A DNA stretch of 64,000 nucleotides from Pseudomonadota bacterium (GTDB lineage: Bacteria > Myxococcota_A > UBA9042 > GCA-2863065): the NCBI GenBank assembly GCA_005776585.1, contig SXOX01000276.1, positions 142 to 64,141 on the forward strand. Direction: 5' to 3'. Every line of letters starts with the position of its first letter. Positions within the stretch are counted from its first letter, which is position 1. Shown one piece after another: positions 7,879 through 16,976 of this stretch. The position numbers and the translations under genes were made by a program. Under the pieces are notes generated by a model. It had not been told where the DNA came from. It worked only from the letters and a program-made list of their open reading frames with translations, and did not search any database.

Positions 7879-9837
7879 TCAGTAAAGATCGTACGTGTTG
7901 CCCGTGCCGCCGCCGCCCTTGCCCTTCTTGACGAGCTTGAGCGTGATGGTCGCATCCCGGTCCGTGGCGAGACGGCGCTTGAGCGGGGCGTAGCCTGGCA
8001 ACGTCACGAGCGCGTCGACGCCATCGGGCCCACGCGGCAGCCGCAGCGTGGCCGGAGAGGTCGTCTTGGGCGAGCCCGTGACCTCGATGGTCGCCCCCGG
8101 TGGCTCGGTCTTGAGCTCAAGGACGATCATCGCCGCGTGCGCGTCCTCGTCACGGCGGGTGCGACGTGCGTCCTCGAGGCTCGGCTCGTCGCGGCGAGCG
8201 GTGGTCGGGGCGCTCACCGGGGCCACGGGCGCCGGCGCCGCGTGCGCGAGGACGGCCCCTGTGTCGCTGCGCCGCGTGGTCTCGTCCTCCGCCTGTCTCC
8301 GACCGCCTTTGGGCAGCGTGACGGCGGCGGGCGCCGCAGGCACGTGCGCGCGCTCGCCGGGCGGTGGCGGTGCGGGCTCACTGACCGGCGCGGTCTCGGG
8401 TGGTGTGGGCGCGGCGCGTCCCGACCGCTGGACCGAGGCATAGATGGCCACCGGTATCGCAAAGCCGACCACCATGAGTAGCCACGGACGATCCCACAGC
8501 GACGTGCGCGGCGCATCCGACGTCCGTGGGACCCGCTCGGTCGGCTCGTTCTTGCTGGAAGCGCGCTCGTCCTTGCGCTCCACCGGCGCCGGCTGGCCCA
8601 GCGCGAGCGCCGGTGGCGTGAGCGATGGCAAGGTCCGGTCCAGCGGTCGGTCGGATGGCGTCGCTGTGGCGGGGGGCGTGACGTGGACGCCGCTGCGCTC
8701 GACGGTCCGGACCGCGTCCTCGGAGTCGCTCCCGGCGCGAGGAGGCGGCGGCATGGCGCTGGGCTTCTTGGCCAACCGCTGCCGCTGCTCCTGGGAGAGC
8801 TCCAGCGTGGGCGGCGGATCATCGAGCTCGGTGCGCGTGGGCTCGTCCTCGAGGATGACGGCCTCGTCGTCGAGCCACTCGGGGTCCGTCGCCGCGCTGG
8901 TCTCTCGTGGGAGCGGCGGGGGCGAGTCGACGACCACCGCCGGCACGCCGGGCGCGAGCCCCAGCTCTTGCTGGAGCGCACGGAGGTCCTCGAACGTCTC
9001 GCGAATGTGCTGGTAGCGCTCGCTCTGATTGCGGCGCAGCGCGCGTACGACGATGCGATCGAGCGCGGCCGGTATCGCGAGGTCCGGTCGCACACTGGAC
9101 GGCGGGTCCGCCGAGGCCGGACGGTGCAGGTCGACGACGGAGCCGGACTTGAAGGGCAGCTGGCCCGTGGCCATCTCGTAGAGCAGGATCCCGAACGAGT
9201 AGATGTCGGCGCGATGGTCCACGGCCTGACCTTCGGCCTGCTCCGGCGCCATGTAGGCGGGCGTCCCGAGCATGATGCCGTGGCGCGTGAGGCGCGGCAC
9301 GTCCTCCTCCTGATCGCCGATGGCCGCGATGCCGAAGTCCAGGATCTTCACGAAGTCAGGATCCCGCGGGCGACGCACGAGGAAGACATTGTCCGGCTTG
9401 AGATCGCGGTGGACGATGCCCTTGACGTGCGTCGTGGCGAGCGCGTCGCACATCTGGAGCGCGATGTGCAGGAGCGGCCGCATGGACATGGGGCCGAGCG
9501 CCTTGAGACGCTGCGCCAGCGTCTCGCCCTCGAGGAACTCCATGACGTAGTAGTAGCCAATCTTGGCGTCGCGAGCGAAGTCCGTAATCTCAACGATGTT
9601 CTCGTGCCCGATGCGGCACGTGGCCCGTGCCTCGCGCTCGAACCGCTTGATGGTCCGCGGGTTCTGGAGCGAGTGTTCGAACAGCACCTTGAGGGCAAGG
9701 ATTCGGTCGAGGCGGACGTGTTGTACTCGATACACCGTACCAAACCCGCCGCGCCCGATGCGCTCGAGGACGCGATAGCGTTCGCTGACGATCTTGCCGA
9801 TGAGCGGGTCGGTGGAGGTGGTGGCGCGTGCTTCCAA
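7879..9837 (-). CDS. Ser/Thr protein kinase (Hanks type) with TM segment and C-terminal PEGA domain
   Basis: GRGGFGTVY, ALKVL, HRDLKPDNV, DFG, GTPAYMAPE. TM segment WLLMVVGFAIPVAIYA. C-terminal EPPGATIEVTG...LPGYAPL (PEGA). Start set to TTG 9837-9835, the only start-type codon just upstream of the kinase domain. The longer track ORF runs into the ALDH gene. Confidence 0.85.
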   Translation of the reverse strand: MEARATTSTDPLIGKIVSERYRVLERIGRGGFGTVYRVQHVRLDRILALKVLFEHSLQNPRTIKRFEREARATCRIGHENIVEITDFARDAKIGYYYVMEFLEGETLAQRLKALGPMSMRPLLHIALQMCDALATTHVKGIVHRDLKPDNVFLVRRPRDPDFVKILDFGIAAIGDQEEDVPRLTRHGIMLGTPAYMAPEQAEGQAVDHRADIYSFGILLYEMATGQLPFKSGSVVDLHRPASADPPSSVRPDLAIPAALDRIVVRALRRNQSERYQHIRETFEDLRALQQELGLAPGVPAVVVDSPPPLPRETSAATDPEWLDDEAVILEDEPTRTELDDPPPTLELSQEQRQRLAKKPSAMPPPPRAGSDSEDAVRTVERSGVHVTPPATATPSDRPLDRTLPSLTPPALALGQPAPVERKDERASSKNEPTERVPRTSDAPRTSLWDRPWLLMVVGFAIPVAIYASVQRSGRAAPTPPETAPVSEPAPPPPGERAHVPAAPAAVTLPKGGRRQAEDETTRRSDTGAVLAHAAPAPVAPVSAPTTARRDEPSLEDARRTRRDEDAHAAMIVLELKTEPPGATIEVTGSPKTTSPATLRLPRGPDGVDALVTLPGYAPLKRRLATDRDATITLKLVKKGKGGGGTGNTYDLY

Positions 9838-9898
9838 TGGGCCCTGCGTGACCCGTAAGTTTAGGCTACACGGGGCCGGTGGGCAACAACTTACGCGC

Positions 9899-11530
9899 CT
9901 ATGCCAGCGGCTCGTACGCCCGGTAGATCGTCTTGCGTACGCAGTAGCCATAGACCATGCCCTCGTCGAGGGCCGGATTACCCGAGCCGGCGCCGCGATC
10001 GCCACCGAACTTCGTAGCCCAAAGCGCGCCGGTGCCGTGGCGTCCGTCGTCCATCCGCGTTCGCAGCACGCGGTCGAGGAACGTCTCGCTCGCGTCCTTG
10101 TCGCGGGCGTCGATGCAGCCGACGATGCCGATCTTGGCGTTGATGAGCCGAATCGCTTCTGGGAGGCCGGAGACGCGCGTGATGACTCCGCAGGGCCCGA
10201 AGACCTCGGTCCCATACAAGACATTGTGCGGATGCACGTCACCCAACATGAGGAACGGCGCGTAAAAGCCGCGGCCGCGGAGCGCCTCTGGGATGGCCCC
10301 GCTGTAGAGCACCGTCGCTCCTTGCGCGACGCTCTGCGCGACGAGCTGCTCGTAGCGGTCGAGCTGTTCCGCGGAGACCAACGGCGGGAGCGTGAACGGG
10401 CGGCCGACGAGCACCGGGCTCGCGCCGGGCGCCATGACGATCTCAGCGGCGTAGTGACGAGCGCGCTCGACGAAGGCGCCGAGGACCTCCGCGTCGCACA
10501 GCACCTCCTGGATCGCCGTGCAGCGTTGGCCTGCGGTGATCGTCTTGCCGTAGACGAAGTTGCGCGCGGCGCGGTCGAGGTCGGCGGAGGCATGGACGTA
10601 GAACAGGTTGATGCCGCCGCACTCCTTCATCACGCGCTTGCCGAGGCTCTCGCCCAGCGCGCCGACGGCGTCGCCCACGGCCTTGCTGCCTGTGAAGCTG
10701 ACGGTGCGAATCGCTGGATGGCGCACCAGGGCGTCGCCAGCGGTGGCGTCGCCGAGCAGCAGGGAGAAGACGCCGCGTGGCACCGTGACGCCCATGCGCG
10801 TAGCCGTCTCGTCGAGCGCGTGCAGGACCAGAGTGGCGATCGCCTGGCTCGACTCCGGCACGAGGTGCGAGGGCTTCCACACGACCGGGTTGCCGGAGAC
10901 CAGGGCCGCCAGAAGCTGGGCCACTGGGATGGCAATCGGGAAGTTGAACGGCGTGATGATGCCCGCGGGTCCCCGCGGCGCGACGCGGCACTCCATCTGC
11001 ACACCGCGCAAGTGCTGCGGGTACGTGTCCCCGGTCATCGAGAGCCCCTGAGGCGCGACGGCCTCCACGACGCCGATGGCCTCGAGCACGTCCAGGCGGG
11101 CATCGTACAGCGTCTTGCCCATCTCGCGGGTCACGAGCGCGCACAGGGTCTCGGTGTGGTCGCGCAGGAGCTCGCCGACGCGCAGCATGGCCTTGGTACG
11201 GAAGTCCCCGCTCGTCGCGCGCCACGCGTCGAACGCCAGCTCCGCCAGGTCGCAGGCCGCGTTCGTCTCGGAGACCGTGGCATCCAGGACGACGCCCAAC
11301 GTCGTCGCGCTCTCCGCCGGCGCCACGTTGGGGAAGAGGACCTGCGACGCGCTACGCGCCCAGGTGCCTCCAACGCACTGGAGGTACGTGCCCTCCTCCA
11401 GGCGCGGCGAGAGGTCGCACTGCGCGGTGGTCACGTAGCCGCCGAGCGCTAGCGCGCGCCGCACGTCCTCGGCGACTGAGAGGTCCACTGCGTCGCCGTC
11501 CAGCGTCAACTTCAGGCGTGACTCGCTCAT
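9899..11530 (-). CDS. aldehyde dehydrogenase superfamily protein (substrate unknown)
   Basis: 543 aa. Motifs FTGSKAVG, ECGGIN (variant of ELGGK) and GQRCTA (catalytic Cys). ATGA overlap with the proC stop at 11527-11530. Confidence 0.85.
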   Translation of the reverse strand: MSESRLKLTLDGDAVDLSVAEDVRRALALGGYVTTAQCDLSPRLEEGTYLQCVGGTWARSASQVLFPNVAPAESATTLGVVLDATVSETNAACDLAELAFDAWRATSGDFRTKAMLRVGELLRDHTETLCALVTREMGKTLYDARLDVLEAIGVVEAVAPQGLSMTGDTYPQHLRGVQMECRVAPRGPAGIITPFNFPIAIPVAQLLAALVSGNPVVWKPSHLVPESSQAIATLVLHALDETATRMGVTVPRGVFSLLLGDATAGDALVRHPAIRTVSFTGSKAVGDAVGALGESLGKRVMKECGGINLFYVHASADLDRAARNFVYGKTITAGQRCTAIQEVLCDAEVLGAFVERARHYAAEIVMAPGASPVLVGRPFTLPPLVSAEQLDRYEQLVAQSVAQGATVLYSGAIPEALRGRGFYAPFLMLGDVHPHNVLYGTEVFGPCGVITRVSGLPEAIRLINAKIGIVGCIDARDKDASETFLDRVLRTRMDDGRHGTGALWATKFGGDRGAGSGNPALDEGMVYGYCVRKTIYRAYEPLA

Positions 11531-12348
11531 GTGCTACTCCTTCCAAGCTCCGAGGCGCGCCGGCAAGCGGCCACGAGCGCGGCGGTGACGAGCTCGGGGA
11601 AGTGTCCTGCCTCGAGCTCCGCGATGGCCGCGGCCGTCGTGCCTCCGGGCGAGGTGACGCGCCGCCGGAGCTCAGCGGGGCTCTCGTGCGCTTCCACGAG
11701 CAGCTTCGCCGCGCCCAGGATCGTCTGGCGAATCAAGGCCCGACCGAGGTGCTCCGGGAGCCCGATCTCCTCGGCGGCGCGGTTGAGGCACTCGACCAGG
11801 TAGAACACGTACGCCGGGCCAGAGCCCGAGGTCGCCGTGATGGGGTCCATGAGCGACTCCGGGACGTGAATCGCCTTGCCGACCGACGAGAGGAGCTCGG
11901 CGGCCAGCAGCGCATGCGACTCGTCGGCGTGCCGTCCCCGGCAATAGGGCGACATGCCCTCCCCGACGAGGGCGGGCGTGTTGGGCATGGCGCGCACCAC
12001 CGCGACCGGCAGGCCGATGGCGTCCTCCAGCGTGCGTGTGGTGACGCCCGCGGCGATGCTCAGCACCACGTGATCGGCGCGGAAGTGACCCCGCTGGCTC
12101 TCGACCAGCGCCACGAGGCCCTGGGGCTTGACGCCCAGCACGACGACCTCGCAGTCGCGCAGGAGCGCGGCGTTGTCGGTCGTCGTGGCGATGCCGAGCT
12201 CCTCTTGGAGTCGCAGCAGCGCGTCCTCGGTGCGGCGCGAGGCCACGACCCGGTTGCGTTGGACGACCCCGGCCTTGAGAGCGCCCCGAATCAGGGCCTC
12301 GCCCATATTTCCGGCTCCGATGACGCCGAGCTTGCGTGTTGCGAACAT
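11527..12348 (-). CDS. proC: pyrroline-5-carboxylate reductase
   Basis: 273 aa from ATG 12348. MFATRKLGVIGAGNMGEAL (Rossmann), MPNTPALVGEG, and SPGGTTAAAIAELE near the C-terminus. Confidence 0.9.
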   Translation of the reverse strand: MFATRKLGVIGAGNMGEALIRGALKAGVVQRNRVVASRRTEDALLRLQEELGIATTTDNAALLRDCEVVVLGVKPQGLVALVESQRGHFRADHVVLSIAAGVTTRTLEDAIGLPVAVVRAMPNTPALVGEGMSPYCRGRHADESHALLAAELLSSVGKAIHVPESLMDPITATSGSGPAYVFYLVECLNRAAEEIGLPEHLGRALIRQTILGAAKLLVEAHESPAELRRRVTSPGGTTAAAIAELEAGHFPELVTAALVAACRRASELGRSST

Positions 12349-12440
12349 GCCGCGGCTTCTAGCGCTCCTCGCGTACCGACGCAATGCGGCGGGGGACGTC
12401 GCGCCAGAGAATGGGGCGAAATGACGCAGGCATTGGCCGG

Positions 12441-12469
12441 TTGACACCGCGCGTCACGGTGGCAAGAGT
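12441..12469 (+). promoter_or_regulatory. possible sigma-70-type promoter (TTGACA-N17-AAGAGT) 7 nt upstream of the GTG start at 12476
   Basis: Perfect -35 hexamer TTGACA at 12441-12446, but a weak -10. Would imply a near-leaderless transcript. Confidence 0.3.
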
Positions 12470-12475
12470 CCGCGC

Positions 12476-14815
12476 GTGCCGGACCTCCCGACAATCGAAG
12501 CGCAGCTCGAGGCCTGGGATCGCCGTCCCCTACGCGGTCTCTGGCCCGCTGCGCTCGGGCTCGTTGGATTTCTGGGCGTCGCCCTGGTCTTCACGTGGCC
12601 GCTCGTCAAGTTCATGGGGACCGATGTCATCGACGGCGTGTGGACCCACGATGCCTGGCTCAACGTCGCGACCATCGCTTGGGACGTCGACTGGCTCACC
12701 GGCGCGCGCTCCGGTGCGCTGCTGGACGCGCCGATGTTTCACCCGTCCCACGGCGTCGGGACCTACACCGAGCACCTGCTGGGCGAGGCGCTCGTAGCCC
12801 TGGCCGTGCGCCCGTTCTCCATGAGCCCGGTCGCATGGCACGACGCCAACCTGTTCCTCATGCTCGCGCTCGACGGCCTCGGCGCGTTCCTGCTCGTGGC
12901 CGAGGTCGGCCGCTCGCGTGTGGTCGGCCTGCTCGCCGGGGTCCTCGCGATGGCCACCCCCGTCGTCTGGTGCGACGTCGTTCGGGTCCAGGCGGTCGCT
13001 TTCGGCCCCACGCTGCTCTGCTTGTTTGCGCTGCTCCGCTGGCACCAGGCCGAGCCGCCCGGCCGGCACCGTCGCCTTGTCTCCGTGGCTGCGCACGTCG
13101 CGCTCCAGTGGCTCTTTTCAATGTACTTTGGAATGATGCTGCTCACCGTCGTCGGGCTCGTCGGCGGCTACGTGTGGCTCCGCTCGCCCACGCGACAGAC
13201 CACGCGCGACGTGGCGCTGGCCGGCGGCGCTGTCGTGCTTGGGCTCCTGCCATTCGCCGGCCTCATTCGCACGTATCTTCAGGTGCATGCGAGCCTGGCA
13301 CTGGACCGCCCGCTGCACGAGGTCCGCGACTGGTGGGCGCCCCGCGTCGAGAACCTCTGGTGCGCCCGCGACGTGCGCTTCTTCGAGGGTTCGCTCGCCT
13401 GCCCCCCGGGACCCAATGCTTATCAGCACTATACGCTGTGGCCGGGCCTTGTGCCGGTCCTGCTGCTGGTCATCGGCGTCGTCGGGGTGCTCGTCTGGCT
13501 CGCCCGGGAGGCGCGCCACGAGGAAGGCCGCCACCAGGTGCTCCTCTTCGGCGTGCTGGTCGCGGCCGGGGTCCTCAGCCGCAGCACGCTCGTGTTGCTG
13601 GCGGGCTGGCCCGTGCTCGCGCTGGTCGAGCGCTGGCGCGGGACGCGCTTGTCCCCGGCCTTTGGCTGGCTCGGGCTCACGGTCGCGCTGGTCGCGCTCA
13701 CGCTGGGGCCTCAGATTGGCTACACCGACCGCGGCCCCAACTGGGACAGCCTTTACTCGGCGCTCTATTTTCGCCTCCCAGGCTTTGGCGCGCTGCGGCT
13801 CACCAACCGCTTCTTCATGCTGGCGGTCGTCACCTGGATGGCCACGGCCGCGGTCGCCGTGAGCGGCCTCCCAGTGCGCTGGCGCCTCGGGGGCGCGCTG
13901 TTGCTGATGGGGCTGCACTGTGTGGATCTTCGGCCGCTCAATCCCAAGACCAAGCCCGTCCCGTTGGACGCGCGGCGCGACATCGCCGAGGCCGTGCGGG
14001 ACCTGCCGGAGCCCGGGGCCGTCGTGGAGCTCCCGTCGAAGGGCAACGCGGGCGGGAGCGAGGCCGGCGAGATGGAGGTCGTGCTTCGGACGCTCATCCA
14101 CCATCGCCGCATCTTCAACGGACACTCCGGCTACGAGGCGCCCATCTACCGCATCGGCACCAAGGAGCTCGACTACTTCCCCTCGGAGCGATCGCTGGCG
14201 TTCCTTCGCGCGATCGGAGTCCGCTACGTCGTCGTGCACTTCGACCCCATCGGGCCCGCACAGCGCGCCGTGCTCGTGCACGGTCTGACGGAGCCTCCGC
14301 CCGGAGTGAGCCTCGTCCAGTCGATCGGCAACTCGTCCATCTACGCGATCTCGTCCATGCCGCCGGAGCCTCCCTCGAATACGGACGACCTGGTCGCCGT
14401 GCGGCCAGTTCGGGCCCGCGCTCTCGTCGGCGATGGGGCCGAGGTGGCCATCGATGGGCTGCCCTTCACGTCGTTTTCCTCCGGCCGCGCCCAGCTCTAC
14501 GGCGACTGGTTGGAGCTGACGCTGCCCGACTCGCCAGACGGCCTCGAGGTCGCCGCCGTGTCGCTGCTGGTCCGCCCCGTCGGCGACTTCGCCCGTGGCT
14601 TGCGTATCGAGACCTCGCTCGATGGCTCACGCTGGACGACCGCGTTCGACGTCCCCATGGAGTTCGGCCTGCCCGAGCTCGCCGACGAGGGCCGATCGCT
14701 TACTCGTGTCTATCGATTTCCGCCCGTGCGCGCCCATTACATACGGCTCAAGTCGACGGCCTACTCCGATCGCTGGTGGCGCGTCAGCGAGGCGCGCGTG
14801 TGGGTCACTCCGTAG
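12476..14815 (+). CDS. polytopic membrane protein (glycosyltransferase-39/ArnT-like topology) with C-terminal F5/8 type C (discoidin) domain
   Basis: 779 aa with about 12 hydrophobic segments in the first ~480 aa. The C-terminus (GDWLELTLPDSP...LRIETSLDGSRWTTAFDV...VRAHYIRLKS...WWRVSEARVW) matches the discoidin pattern. Confidence 0.7.
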   Translation: MPDLPTIEAQLEAWDRRPLRGLWPAALGLVGFLGVALVFTWPLVKFMGTDVIDGVWTHDAWLNVATIAWDVDWLTGARSGALLDAPMFHPSHGVGTYTEHLLGEALVALAVRPFSMSPVAWHDANLFLMLALDGLGAFLLVAEVGRSRVVGLLAGVLAMATPVVWCDVVRVQAVAFGPTLLCLFALLRWHQAEPPGRHRRLVSVAAHVALQWLFSMYFGMMLLTVVGLVGGYVWLRSPTRQTTRDVALAGGAVVLGLLPFAGLIRTYLQVHASLALDRPLHEVRDWWAPRVENLWCARDVRFFEGSLACPPGPNAYQHYTLWPGLVPVLLLVIGVVGVLVWLAREARHEEGRHQVLLFGVLVAAGVLSRSTLVLLAGWPVLALVERWRGTRLSPAFGWLGLTVALVALTLGPQIGYTDRGPNWDSLYSALYFRLPGFGALRLTNRFFMLAVVTWMATAAVAVSGLPVRWRLGGALLLMGLHCVDLRPLNPKTKPVPLDARRDIAEAVRDLPEPGAVVELPSKGNAGGSEAGEMEVVLRTLIHHRRIFNGHSGYEAPIYRIGTKELDYFPSERSLAFLRAIGVRYVVVHFDPIGPAQRAVLVHGLTEPPPGVSLVQSIGNSSIYAISSMPPEPPSNTDDLVAVRPVRARALVGDGAEVAIDGLPFTSFSSGRAQLYGDWLELTLPDSPDGLEVAAVSLLVRPVGDFARGLRIETSLDGSRWTTAFDVPMEFGLPELADEGRSLTRVYRFPPVRAHYIRLKSTAYSDRWWRVSEARVWVTP

Positions 14816-15533
14816 CCCGCAGGAACACGTCCTCGAGCGACTCGCCGCGCGCGGCCAGCGCGTCCATCTGCGGCCGACCGAGATCCACGGCCACACGGCC
14901 CGCGTGCAGCAGGACGACGCGCGTACAGAGGCGCTCCAGGGTCTCGAGCACGTGCCCCGTGATGAGGATCGCGGCGCCCTGGCTGCGGCGCTCGGTCAGC
15001 ACCTCCCGGACGAGCCGCGCGCCACGGGGATCCAGCCCGTTGAGGCTCTCGTCCAAGACGAGGGCCGCGGGCTCGCCAATCAACGCCGCGGCGATGGCCA
15101 GGCGCTTGGTCATCCCCTCGCTGTACTCGCGGACGAGCCGGTTCTTGGCCTCGGTCAGGCCAAAGCGCGAGAGCAGCGACGGCACGACGGGCTCGGCGGC
15201 GACGGCGCGCAGCTCGGCCACAAGGCGCAGCACCTCCTCGCCCGTGAGGAACGGCTCGAGCCCGCCGTCCTGAGGCACGAACCCGAGCGCGCGTCGCGCC
15301 TCGGTCGGCGCATCCACGAGACCGTGTCCAGCGATGCGGGCCGTCCCGGCGTCGGCGATCAGCTCTCCGGTGAGGATCTTGAGCGCTGTGGACTTGCCGA
15401 CGCCATTGGGGCCGATGAGCCCGACGAGCTCACCGGCACCGACAGTCAAGGTCAGCCCCCGAAGCACCGGTCTGCCGTGAAAGGCCTTCTCGATGGACTG
15501 CAGATCCAGGACTGGTGGGGGACTGTCGCTCAT
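14805..15533 (-). CDS. ABC transporter ATP-binding protein
   Basis: 242 aa from ATG 15533 (ATGA overlap with the upstream stop). Walker A GPNGVGKST, signature YSEGMTKRL, Walker B LVLDES. Confidence 0.9.
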   Translation of the reverse strand: MSDSPPPVLDLQSIEKAFHGRPVLRGLTLTVGAGELVGLIGPNGVGKSTALKILTGELIADAGTARIAGHGLVDAPTEARRALGFVPQDGGLEPFLTGEEVLRLVAELRAVAAEPVVPSLLSRFGLTEAKNRLVREYSEGMTKRLAIAAALIGEPAALVLDESLNGLDPRGARLVREVLTERRSQGAAILITGHVLETLERLCTRVVLLHAGRVAVDLGRPQMDALAARGESLEDVFLRATE

Positions 15534-16888
15534 GTCAACTCCTGCGCGGTCCAGGCGACCGCTCCCAACACCACGAGCCCCGCGGCCCGAAAGACGCTGG
15601 CGACCAGGCCCGTCTCTGGCGCGACCCGCAGCGCAAGCCGCACCGACAGCGCCTGGGTGACGGCCGCGAACGCCAGGGTCACGCCGCCGGCGACGAGCGC
15701 ACCCGAGGCGCCCGCGAGCCGCGCTCCACCGACCGCGGCGGCGCCCACGACCGGCGCGGATTCGAGCGCTCCGAGGAGCCCCAGAGACTGGACCCAGGCA
15801 CCGGCCGTGAGCGGGAGTGCCCGCGGGTTGGGGCCGCTGGGGCGCAGCTCCCGGCCGACGAGCTTGAAGGCCGGTGAAAACACGATGAGGACCAGCGCGC
15901 TGGCCACGAGCGCCAGGCCGAGCGGGGTCGCCGCGACGGACTGCGCCTGCAGGACGAGGCCGAGGCACGCGAGCGTCACGAGCGGCGGCACGACCCGGAA
16001 GCGCCGGCGATACTCGCGCAGCAGCGCAGTGAACAGCGGTCGCGCGTGCGGTGAGAGCACGGCGCCGAGTGCCGCGACGCGCGGCGTGGGGGGGAGCTCG
16101 CCTTCGCGCCACGGTGGCGTCGTCTCGGCCTCGTGAAACCGGGCGATCGCGACGTGGAAGGTGCGCAGAAAGGTGCGGCGCGCCGCGGTGACCGCGCTCA
16201 CCGCGAGCCACCCGACGATTACGGTGGCCCCCAGCAGTAGGGACGAGTCGCCCTTGTCGAGCCAGACGCGGAGACCCACGTCGAAGCCAATCGCGGCCGC
16301 GAGTCCTCCTCCGAACGTGAGCGCCGGACTGTAATAGAGTAACGCCGTCTCGGGTGGTCCGAGGCCCCCTGCCAGCTGGCGAAAGCGATCGCTCGCGGGC
16401 GCACAGAGCGCGGCGAGCGCACCCAGGTGGAGCCGCAGAGCGAAGGCAAGCGTCACGACGAGCGTGGCCGCCGGCTCCAGCGCCAGGATGAGGAACGCGC
16501 GCCGGTCGCCGCTGAGCAGGGCCGGCAAGGCCAGCATGGTCGTCAGGCCGACGAGCGGGAGGAGCGCCCGAGCCATGCCGCCGGCCAGGAACGTGAAGCG
16601 CTCCGCGGGTGGGATCGGCCAGCGGTCCAGGCGCGCCGCCGTGCGGTTGCGGGCCAGGAGGTCGAAGCTCGGAAAGCCGACCAAGAACGCGAGCGTGATG
16701 GAGAGCGTGAACGCCAGGTCGAGCGTGCGCGTCGCGGCGTCGTGGCCCAGCAGCGCCGCACCGAGCCGCGTGAGCCCGAAGGCGGCCAGCGTGCTCAGCG
16801 GCAGGGAGGCGCGGCGCAACCAGCGCGGCAGCGTCCGCCAGCGGTTGCGAAGCACGGTCTGGGCGAGTCGGTCGAGCGGCTGCGGCAC
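15530..16888 (-). CDS. polytopic membrane protein, putative permease partner of the ABC ATPase
   Basis: 452 aa, GTG start, about 10 or more hydrophobic segments, translationally coupled to the ATPase. I recognise no ABC-2 or FtsX motif. Confidence 0.6.
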   Translation of the reverse strand: MPQPLDRLAQTVLRNRWRTLPRWLRRASLPLSTLAAFGLTRLGAALLGHDAATRTLDLAFTLSITLAFLVGFPSFDLLARNRTAARLDRWPIPPAERFTFLAGGMARALLPLVGLTTMLALPALLSGDRRAFLILALEPAATLVVTLAFALRLHLGALAALCAPASDRFRQLAGGLGPPETALLYYSPALTFGGGLAAAIGFDVGLRVWLDKGDSSLLLGATVIVGWLAVSAVTAARRTFLRTFHVAIARFHEAETTPPWREGELPPTPRVAALGAVLSPHARPLFTALLREYRRRFRVVPPLVTLACLGLVLQAQSVAATPLGLALVASALVLIVFSPAFKLVGRELRPSGPNPRALPLTAGAWVQSLGLLGALESAPVVGAAAVGGARLAGASGALVAGGVTLAFAAVTQALSVRLALRVAPETGLVASVFRAAGLVVLGAVAWTAQELT

Positions 16889-16976
16889 GGCCGGACGATG
16901 GGGTGCTCGGCCGCGCCTGTCAACGCGCCCGGCGTCGAATGGCAGCCTCGCCCCAAGGGTGCTAAGGTCTTTGCCC

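Noticed and set aside
5829-7931. 700-aa ORF on the + strand
   Set aside because: It is antisense to the Rieske and TPR-PEGA genes. The sequence is low-complexity and Arg/Gly/Asp-rich, with no domain signature.
12595-15273. 892-aa ORF on the + strand, frame-shifted relative to 12476..14815
   Set aside because: Its composition is extremely Arg/Pro/Ala-rich. The alternative frame (12476..14815) gives clean TM helices and a discoidin domain, so this one is a shadow.
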